DNA of 40,000 nucleotides, taken from positions 233,671 through 273,670 of the forward strand of contig NZ_OZ253550.1 in NCBI RefSeq assembly GCF_965262695.1, read 5' to 3'. This document shows positions 33,371 to 40,000 of this stretch, one piece after another. A program made the position numbers and the translations under genes. Positions within the stretch are counted from its first letter, which is position 1; the number at the start of each line of letters is the position of its first letter. Origin of the DNA: Nitrosopumilus sp. (GTDB taxonomy: Archaea > Thermoproteota > Nitrososphaeria > Nitrososphaerales > Nitrosopumilaceae). Below the pieces are notes generated by a model. The model was given only the letters and a program-made list of their open reading frames with translations. It searched no databases and was not told the origin of the DNA.

Positions 33371-34534
33371 CTAATTTCCATTTGGTCTTTCTTGAAGAAT
33401 GATTGAGACATTTGTAGTTCTACCGTCCCTTAAAACCTCCAAAATCATCTCATCTCCAACTGATTTTGCTCTTTGAAGATGAATCAAAATATCATCAATT
33501 TTTCTTACCTCAATTCCATCTACTGCCAAAATAATATCCCCTCCCATTGGATAGTTTACGCCATCTACATCTATTGTTTTATCTGATCCAATTAACCCTG
33601 CTTTTGATGCTGGACTATCTTCTACTACTGTAACAACCAAAAAACCAACTGCATCTGGGAGTTCTAACACTTTGGCCAAATCCGGATCAATATCTCTTCC
33701 AGAAATTCCTATCCATGGATGTTTGTATTCTCCATCTTCAATTAATGTTGGAATTATTTTTGCAACTGTTTGTGATGGTACTGCAAATCCTACGCCTGTA
33801 AACTCACCTGTTGCTGATTGAATTGCTGTATTGATTCCAACTATTTCTCCTCTCATATTCAATAGCGGTCCCCCAGAATTTCCTGGATTGATAGCTGCAT
33901 CTGTTTGAATAACATCTGGAATTGAAAATCCTGAACCTGAAGGAAGTAATCGTCCTAATTGACTAACTATTCCTGATGTCATAGAGCCTGATAATCCAAA
34001 TGGGTTTCCTATTGCAGCTATCGGTTCCCCTACTTTGAGATTTGAAGAATCTCCAATTGATAATGGGTGTAATAATGCTAAATCTGCATTTACTTTGATT
34101 ACTGCAAGATCTGTAAATTCATCTGTTCCAATAACTTCTGCATTATATGATCTGCCATCAAGAAATGTTATAATGACTTTTTTTGAATTATCCACAACAT
34201 GTTCATTTGTAATAACGTGGCCTTGTTTGTCAAACACAAAACCTGAACCAACCCCTCCTGTCTCTGAAGCTTCTTCTCTTTGAACATTAACTCTGACAAC
34301 ACCTGGTTCTGATTTTTCAAATATCTCAATTAATGATAGATTTTTTGAATAAAGTGGAGTAGTTTTTGCTATTGGTCTTTGACCATCTCCTACCTGAACC
34401 TCTAGTTCTGGTTCTATCGGTTTTATTGATTCTGCATTAGTTGTTCCTGGAGGCGAAATGAAGAATACTGTGAAAATTACCATTACACTTATTGCACCTA
34501 TGGCTCCCCCTACTACAATTCCAGATTTATCCAT
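33371..34534 (-). CDS. htrA: HtrA/DegP-family serine protease with PDZ domain
   Basis: N-terminal TM. Trypsin-fold triad context (TNEHVV, DLAVIKV, GNSGGPLLN). C-terminal PDZ-like region (GFLVVTVVEDSPASKAGL...GDIILAVDG). Confidence 0.88.
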   Translation of the reverse strand: MDKSGIVVGGAIGAISVMVIFTVFFISPPGTTNAESIKPIEPELEVQVGDGQRPIAKTTPLYSKNLSLIEIFEKSEPGVVRVNVQREEASETGGVGSGFVFDKQGHVITNEHVVDNSKKVIITFLDGRSYNAEVIGTDEFTDLAVIKVNADLALLHPLSIGDSSNLKVGEPIAAIGNPFGLSGSMTSGIVSQLGRLLPSGSGFSIPDVIQTDAAINPGNSGGPLLNMRGEIVGINTAIQSATGEFTGVGFAVPSQTVAKIIPTLIEDGEYKHPWIGISGRDIDPDLAKVLELPDAVGFLVVTVVEDSPASKAGLIGSDKTIDVDGVNYPMGGDIILAVDGIEVRKIDDILIHLQRAKSVGDEMILEVLRDGRTTNVSIILQERPNGN

Positions 34535-34571
34535 GATTTGGTAATTTTCTATTTTCTATGTAAAAGGATTG

Positions 34572-35780
34572 CTATACGCTAATCGAACTTTGAGAATGAT
34601 CTTTCATAGAATAACTTCTTCCTCTCCATGTAACTGATGATGTTTTCTTTGCTTGGAGTAATCCACTCAAAAATCCTAAAACTACTACAAGACTTCCAAG
34701 TGGTGCAAATAACGCATGAACAAGTTTTAACTCTAATCCAATTTTGGCTTCAATTATGGCTCCAATGTAAATTAACAACGATGCTGCAAATGCAGTTATG
34801 CAAAGAATTTTTGAAGATATTGTTTCAACTGGAAATAAAATTGATGTGGCAAAAATCGGAAATGGTATGAAAAGTAAAAACAACACTGCAAAGAAAATTC
34901 CTATTGCAATTTTTCCACTTTGAAGATATAATGGAATCATTAGTCTTTTTAGTGCATTCCAAAGTGTGACTTTGTCTCTTGCCCAAACTGCTTCGATAAG
35001 ATGCTCTCCTCTTACCATTTTCATTTTATGGCCTGATTCTTTTACTTTTTTTCCAAGTGCCCCGTCTTCGATAATTTCATGTTTTACTCCTTCATGCATT
35101 CCAACTTGTTCGTATGTTTTTTTCTTTAAAATGAAAAAACTACCGAAAAAATACCCTGTCTTTTTTGAAGGATTGTTAACGTTTAGTGCAGAAAATCGTG
35201 TGTGCAAAAATGTAGAAATCATTGGAAGTGTAATCTTTGTCCAAAAATCAAATGTTAGCATTTTTGGGATGGTTGATAATGCATCTAGTTCAAATGATGT
35301 GAGATGTGATACTGCAAGTGATATTACATTTTTTTTATGTGTTGTATCTGCATCTGTAAATAACAATAATTCTCCTGTTGCTTGTTTGTATCCTTCCATA
35401 CATGCCCAGTTTTTACCCATCCAACCCTCTGGTTTTGATCTTGCAGAAACATGAATTATTTTAGAATTTTTTTTGGCATATTCTGAAATTATTTTCCCAG
35501 TGGAATCTTCTGATGAATCATCAATTACAATGATTTCATAATTCTCATAATCTTGATCAATTAATGAATCTAAACATTTTCCTAGAAACTCTTCTTCATT
35601 TCTTGCTGGAAGAATTATTGATACTTTGGGTGATGTTTTTGAAGTATTTTCAAATCTGTCTAGATACGGTGTTAATCTGAATGAGTCTATCATTGTTTTT
35701 ATGAGAAATATCCAAGCCCCACATATGCCAATTAGTATTGCAGATAATGAATAATTAAAAACATCAAATGCTATATCCAT
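34572..35780 (-). CDS. family 2 glycosyltransferase with N- and C-terminal TM segments
   Basis: VSIILPARNEE, IIVIDDSSEDST and LLFTDADT (DxD). An N-terminal TM and ~4 C-terminal TMs, a layout typical of lipid- or polymer-directed GT2 enzymes. Confidence 0.8.
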   Translation of the reverse strand: MDIAFDVFNYSLSAILIGICGAWIFLIKTMIDSFRLTPYLDRFENTSKTSPKVSIILPARNEEEFLGKCLDSLIDQDYENYEIIVIDDSSEDSTGKIISEYAKKNSKIIHVSARSKPEGWMGKNWACMEGYKQATGELLLFTDADTTHKKNVISLAVSHLTSFELDALSTIPKMLTFDFWTKITLPMISTFLHTRFSALNVNNPSKKTGYFFGSFFILKKKTYEQVGMHEGVKHEIIEDGALGKKVKESGHKMKMVRGEHLIEAVWARDKVTLWNALKRLMIPLYLQSGKIAIGIFFAVLFLLFIPFPIFATSILFPVETISSKILCITAFAASLLIYIGAIIEAKIGLELKLVHALFAPLGSLVVVLGFLSGLLQAKKTSSVTWRGRSYSMKDHSQSSISV

Positions 35781-35783
35781 AAA

Positions 35784-36200
35784 CTATCGCTCGATTTCTT
35801 CTTTAATGCTGTTCATGGCTTGTTCTGTACCACTTTTGATGTGCTTTTTTATCATTCCAGTAAACATTCCCATCATTCCTGTTAATTTGATATCCCATAT
35901 TGTTTGAAGAGTAGTTGTTTCTCCTTCTGGAATTAAAGATACGATTTTTTCACCATTAATGATCCCTTTAGTGAATTTTGCATGAATTCTTTCTTCTGGT
36001 TCTAGTGTAACTTCTTGTATACATTTTTGATCTCGAAATGCTATTGTTATTTCTCTATTGATTACATTGTCGTTTTTTGAAATATTTTTCACTTCCTTTG
36101 TTCCTTTCCAAAATTTTGGTTCATTATCAATGTCTGAAACGACTTCCCAAACTTTCTCTGCTGGGGCATTAATCTGTACTTTGACTTCAATTGTAGCCAT
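35784..36200 (-). CDS. SRPBCC (START/Bet v1-like) ligand-binding protein
   Basis: IEVKVQINAPAEKVWEVVSDIDNEPKFW matches the N-terminal signature of polyketide-cyclase/SRPBCC proteins. 138 aa. Its stop is 3 nt before the GT2 start. Confidence 0.7.
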   Translation of the reverse strand: MATIEVKVQINAPAEKVWEVVSDIDNEPKFWKGTKEVKNISKNDNVINREITIAFRDQKCIQEVTLEPEERIHAKFTKGIINGEKIVSLIPEGETTTLQTIWDIKLTGMMGMFTGMIKKHIKSGTEQAMNSIKEEIER

Positions 36201-36238
36201 GACTTGCTGTTACTTGTTCCGCATTAAATATATTAGAT

Positions 36239-36321
36239 TCCAGTTCTATTGCAAATAGACTGTGATGGGCAACATGCCTAAAATCCAGAACAGTAACTCC
36301 AGTTCTAATGGCATTTGCCAT
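36239..36321. promoter_or_regulatory. two copies of tccagttcta, each followed by a short palindrome, in a divergent promoter
   Basis: tccagttcta occurs at 36239-36248 and 36298-36307. Palindromes: ctatt-gca-aatag (36246-36258) and atggca-tt-tgccat (36308-36321). Confidence 0.3.
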
Positions 36322-36355
36322 TCTTCCGTCACAGTCAATTAATCTTTGAAAGAAA

Positions 36356-36571
36356 ATGAAACCCTCGAAATACATGCCAAAAATAGGAACCTTTGATGGT
36401 GCAGGCTTTTGGAAAAATGCATATGCTCATCAACGTGGAAAATTATTAAAAAAAGTTAATGTTCCTGAGGATCAAATAATTGATCTGGTCAACAAAAAGT
36501 ACATGGAACTTCCTGCTCCACTACGATATGAAATTGAAACTAGTGGGATTGATAAAAAAGATTTACAGTAA
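36356..36571 (+). CDS. hypothetical small protein
   Basis: 71-aa ORF with an ATG start. No motif recognised. Confidence 0.4.
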   Translation: MKPSKYMPKIGTFDGAGFWKNAYAHQRGKLLKKVNVPEDQIIDLVNKKYMELPAPLRYEIETSGIDKKDLQ

Positions 36572-36609
36572 TTCGAAATTCATTTAACAGGTAAAATTAG
36601 CATCATTTC

Positions 36610-36939
36610 ATGTCAAATATTTCATATGATGATTTTGCAAAACTCGATATCAGAGTTGCAAAAATTATTGCAACAGAATCTATTGAAGGGAAATCTCGAA
36701 TCATCAAAGGTAAAATTGATTTAGGAAATGATGATCAACGTGATGTCATTATTGGTGGTGCACAATATTTCCAACCTGAAGATATTGTTGGAAAAACTGT
36801 GATTGTTCTTGCAAATTTAGAACCTAAAAAAATGGCAGGGGTAGAATCTAATGCAATGCTTTTAGCTGCAGATGTTGATGATAAACCATTTTGGTTAACT
36901 GTGGAAGAAGATGTTCCACTTGGAAGTCCTATTAAATAA
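36610..36939 (+). CDS. stand-alone tRNA-binding domain protein (Trbp111/CsaA/MetRS C-terminal-like OB fold)
   Basis: FAKLDIRVAKII...ESIEGKSRIIKGKIDLG...GKTVIVLANLEPKKMAGVESNAMLLAA matches the tRNA-binding EMAPII-like domain pattern. Confidence 0.8.
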   Translation: MSNISYDDFAKLDIRVAKIIATESIEGKSRIIKGKIDLGNDDQRDVIIGGAQYFQPEDIVGKTVIVLANLEPKKMAGVESNAMLLAADVDDKPFWLTVEEDVPLGSPIK

Positions 36940-37100
36940 CTTTAGAAAGGAACCAATCATTTTTTGATTTAGTTTTTATAGTTTTTTTTGGATTATACCT
37001 TCTTGAATTGTATGCTTGATACTGTGAAATTTGTATGCAAATTTGATTGTCTTTATAACTAAATATTTAGAAAATTAATGAAAATATGTTTGATTTATGA

Positions 37101-37661
37101 CTAGTCATAAATCATTAGATCTTTTTCTTCTAGTAATGCATGTAAGTTATTTACAGATCTGTAAACATCTGGTTCTTTCTTTGCTCCTGTACAGACAAGT
37201 TTTCCTGATGAAAATAACAAAATGACTGTTTTAGGATCTAGCATTCTATGAATAAGTCCTGGAAATTGTTCTGGTTCGTACATACTTCTTGGCAATGTTC
37301 TTGCAGCTTGCTCTAAGTGAATTTTTCCACCAAGATTAATTGATGCAACAATATTTTGAATTTCGACAACTGCATCTTTCTTAACTTTAATTCCTCCTTT
37401 TCGAAGTTTTTGAACAACTGTCTTTACTGCTTTTCTTGCCATCTCTTCTGATTTAGAACCAGTACAGACCATTTTACCTGAAGTGAAAATCAATGTTGCA
37501 GTTTTTGGACTCTTTAATCTGAAAACTAATCCTGGAAATTGATCAGGATGATATTCTACATCTGGAAATGTTCTTGTAATTTCATTCAAGTCCATCTTTT
37601 GGTCTACAGATGCTGAAGCTACTACATTTTCCACACTTACAATAGGTTTGGTTTGTGGCAT
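37101..37661 (-). CDS. tbp: TATA-box binding protein
   Basis: Two direct repeats with the signatures YHPDQFPGLVFRL...TATLIFTSGKMVCTGSKS and YEPEQFPGLIHRM...VILLFSSGKLVCTGAKK. Confidence 0.92.
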   Translation of the reverse strand: MPQTKPIVSVENVVASASVDQKMDLNEITRTFPDVEYHPDQFPGLVFRLKSPKTATLIFTSGKMVCTGSKSEEMARKAVKTVVQKLRKGGIKVKKDAVVEIQNIVASINLGGKIHLEQAARTLPRSMYEPEQFPGLIHRMLDPKTVILLFSSGKLVCTGAKKEPDVYRSVNNLHALLEEKDLMIYD

Positions 37662-37798
37662 ATTCGATTTTTTTGTATTTTAACTATAATAAAAGCACTC
37701 GCCATATTTTTTCCCGTCTGTAGGCATTTTGTGCAATTTTTTGGCATATTTTGTAATGTGCGAATGGTTTAATTGAGATCTGACGATCGGGGAATTTA

Positions 37799-38920
37799 GT
37801 GGATTTTACAAATTTTGACATTGATCAGTTGTTTGGGATGAAAGATGACACTAATCCCTTGATGATGTTGATTTGGATTTTGCCAATTGTTATTTTCATT
37901 TTTTATGGTCAGCGAATTCAATTGTACGTAACATCTGGTGAGATAAAAAAAGGAATCAAAAAACTTGATGAATTCCGAAAAGAATCAAGAAACGAATTAA
38001 TCACTTACATCAATAAACATCTGAATCCAAAAAACAACCCTGAAAAAAGAATTGATCAATTCTTAGAATATTTTACTATCATGCCAGTTGATATGGATCC
38101 TAATGGTATTGTTGAAAAAGTTCAACATACTGTAAGGTCAAGAGAAGATTATACTAGAGAACATGTGAAATCTCTTTTTTCAGAAATCAATGATGTCGAA
38201 TTATCCAAAGTCCAAACTTTACTTGAAATTGCATCTTCACTACAAATGATTCATAAAATTATCAATCACATGTTTTTAACTGCAAAAAAACAAAACAACT
38301 ACCCTTTAATTTTACCGCTACAGATGATCCTCCCTTTTATAATGGAGCAGGCAGAGGCAATGAAAGAAGCAATTCCTGTATTTAAAACAGGACAACCTGT
38401 AGGTGATGGAATTGGACCTATGGTTGTTGGAAAAATGATGTTAAATAGTCCTAAAGAAGTAATTTCATTTCAAACATCTCTTGCAAAAATTGAATTTGAA
38501 AACAGAAACTTGTTTTTATTAAAAGCAGAAGGCCCTGGATCAACTGTTGGCAGGCCTGCTGATGCATTACAATCTATTGTCTCTGAAAACAAAATTGATG
38601 CAGTAATAATGATTGACGCTGCATTGAAAATGGAAGGTGAAGATTCTGCATCTGTTGCACGAGGATTTGGTGCTGCTATTGGTGGTATTGGAACCGAAAA
38701 ATTCCATATTGAGGCAGTTGCAACTGAAAAACAAATCCCAATATTTTCTATTGTAATAAAACAATCAGTAAAAGAAGCCATTACCTTAATGACAAAAGAA
38801 ATTGCAGACCAAGCAGATGATGTGCGCTCACAAGTCTATGAAATGATTAAAGAAAATACAAAGGAAGGCCAATCTGTGGCTGTTATTGGAGTTGGAAACA
38901 CAGTGGGGGTGCCTCAATAA
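37799..38920 (+). CDS. conserved archaeal membrane-anchored protein (I believe DUF1512-type)
   Basis: 373 aa with a GTG start and a single N-terminal TM (LMMLIWILPIVIFIFYG). Family assignment is from memory of DUF1512-like length and architecture and has not been verified. Confidence 0.55.
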   Translation: MDFTNFDIDQLFGMKDDTNPLMMLIWILPIVIFIFYGQRIQLYVTSGEIKKGIKKLDEFRKESRNELITYINKHLNPKNNPEKRIDQFLEYFTIMPVDMDPNGIVEKVQHTVRSREDYTREHVKSLFSEINDVELSKVQTLLEIASSLQMIHKIINHMFLTAKKQNNYPLILPLQMILPFIMEQAEAMKEAIPVFKTGQPVGDGIGPMVVGKMMLNSPKEVISFQTSLAKIEFENRNLFLLKAEGPGSTVGRPADALQSIVSENKIDAVIMIDAALKMEGEDSASVARGFGAAIGGIGTEKFHIEAVATEKQIPIFSIVIKQSVKEAITLMTKEIADQADDVRSQVYEMIKENTKEGQSVAVIGVGNTVGVPQ

Positions 38921-39099
38921 TGTTTTCAAAAGAAAAGATTACTGTTGCTTATACTGTAGAAAAATGTGAAAAATGTGGAATGCAAAAGAAAAGAAAATTC
39001 TCTGAAGGTGATGTGTTGTTTGCAAAAACATCAAAATGTAATTCCTGTGATGGAATGACTGTAATTGATAAAATATTTGGCGAAACTATAGAACAGTAA
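38920..39099 (+). CDS. candidate 59-aa zinc-ribbon protein
   Basis: Hand translation: MFSKEKITVAYTVEKCEKCGMQKKRKFSEGDVLFAKTSKCNSCDGMTVIDKIFGETIEQ. CxxC-x20-CxxC. Its ATG overlaps the upstream stop (TAATG). One aa below the track cutoff. Confidence 0.45.
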   Translation: MFSKEKITVAYTVEKCEKCGMQKKRKFSEGDVLFAKTSKCNSCDGMTVIDKIFGETIEQ

Positions 39100-39100
39100 C

Positions 39101-39994
39101 TTATGCCTTGGTAGTTACTGTGACTCCGTTTTCTGTTGGAATAAATGTGTGCTCTGCTTGAGCTACTCTTTGCTCATTTACTTCAATTAAAACTGGGTAT
39201 GCTTGTACTGCTTTTTTCTTTATCAAAACATTCAACAAATCCCTTGCCTCTTTTTCTTCTCTTTCCTTTGTAATCCATCTTAATGCAAATGGTAACATGT
39301 TAAAGTTCTCCCAAATAAAATCAAGTAGTTTATCTGCCTCTTGATCTTTTGTTTTCTTTCTAGAGTTTATCGCAAAAATATTTTTTATTTGTCCGTTTCT
39401 TACAAATCCTCCTCCATCAGACGTTGTAACAAAGGGTTCACATGCATATGCAGAATTCTCTGAAAGTGAAAATCCTCCAATTGACCAAATATTTGGAATT
39501 GATTTTCCTGCATGTATCGTATATTGTTCTAAAGAATGACCACTAAGATTTGCAATTGGTTTGTATCCCATTTGCTTAATTGTAGTTTCTATGGTTCTTC
39601 CAATATCACTTGCTTTTACTCCTGCTTTGATCATTGACATTGCATTTGCAAGTCCTTCTTCAGCTGCTTGTACTAATCCATCATATTGTGGATTGTAACA
39701 CACTGTTACTGCTGTGTCTGCAATGTATCCATTAATCTGTGCACCAAGATCAATTTTTATTAAATCTGTATCTTTGATGGTAATCGGATCATTTGGCTCT
39801 GCAGTATAATGAGCTGCAACTTCGTTGATACTTGTATTAACTGGAAATGCACATTTTGCTCCACGTTTTTTAATCTCATCTTCTACCCATTCACAAATTT
39901 CATAGACTGTTTTTCCAACCCAGTCTTTCACTCTGACCATCTCTCTTACTTCTGATGCAATCTTTCCTGCTCTGATGTAGTCTTCTATTTGCAC
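39101..39994 (-). CDS. map: methionine aminopeptidase, type 2 (archaeal)
   Basis: 297 aa. Metal-ligand context DLIKIDLGAQINGYIADTA, SGHSLEQYTIHAG and EPF...AQAEHTF is typical of archaeal MetAP. Confidence 0.9.
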   Translation of the reverse strand: MQIEDYIRAGKIASEVREMVRVKDWVGKTVYEICEWVEDEIKKRGAKCAFPVNTSINEVAAHYTAEPNDPITIKDTDLIKIDLGAQINGYIADTAVTVCYNPQYDGLVQAAEEGLANAMSMIKAGVKASDIGRTIETTIKQMGYKPIANLSGHSLEQYTIHAGKSIPNIWSIGGFSLSENSAYACEPFVTTSDGGGFVRNGQIKNIFAINSRKKTKDQEADKLLDFIWENFNMLPFALRWITKEREEKEARDLLNVLIKKKAVQAYPVLIEVNEQRVAQAEHTFIPTENGVTVTTKA

Positions 39995-40000
39995 ATTTTT

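Noticed and set aside
34966-35454. 162-aa plus-strand ORF inside the GT2 gene
   Set aside because: It is an antisense shadow frame, Ser/Phe/Cys-rich with no motif.
36187-36375. 62-aa minus-strand ORF spanning the divergent promoter
   Set aside because: It overlaps both neighbouring start codons and the repeated promoter boxes. It is more parsimoniously non-coding.
1-40000. Search for transposases, integrases, CRISPR arrays, rRNA/tRNA genes and known defence genes
   Set aside because: None recognised. The 26.6-28.6 kb stretch is therefore called 'accessory-like' only on the basis of small unknown genes and repeats, not demonstrable mobility.

Overview
AT-rich, gene-dense archaeal chromosomal window. 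About 88-90% is coding, packed into short co-directional gene strings with many 0-10 nt gaps or overlaps. The gene content points to an ammonia-oxidising thaumarchaeon of the Nitrosopumilus type; this is inference, since no search was possible. That content includes class I lysyl-tRNA synthetase, Elp3, TBP, a PAC2 proteasome chaperone, archaeal-type MetAP, F420 (FO) synthase CofG/CofH, an Amt ammonium transporter with PII-like genes, and what I believe is a DUF1512-type protein. Housekeeping genes I recognise with confidence: tag, purM, lysK, elp3, amt, cofG, cofH, htrA-like, tbp, map, ferritin, two CPA2 cation/H+ antiporters, a CaCA Ca2+/cation antiporter, an S8 subtilase, a sensor histidine kinase, a GT2 glycosyltransferase and a PmbA/TldE-like protein. 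I found no rRNA, tRNA, CRISPR array, transposase or integrase. Items most worth a second look: (1) The Amt neighbourhood (22970-26601). It holds a wHTH regulator whose start codon abuts a perfect GC-rich palindrome, a 193-aa PII-like protein with a C-terminal tail that looks like a ribbon-helix-helix domain, a second PII gene followed by two ATGA-coupled micro membrane ORFs, and a 122-aa/RHH overlapping pair downstream of amt. (2) A small-gene accessory stretch (26.6-28.6 kb) punctuated by a repeated ~60-bp intergenic module: two full copies at about 87% identity plus one partial copy. (3) Three unannotated cysteine-rich or zinc-finger micro-ORFs (11516-11982) below the 60-aa ORF-track cutoff. 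(4) A lysine-rich protein built from perfect 60-bp tandem repeats. (5) A 123-aa protein carrying the beta-carbonic-anhydrase zinc-ligand motifs. (6) A tightly coupled cofG-cofH-pmbA string. All functional calls rest on motif recognition by eye. No database search, structure prediction or statistics could be run.
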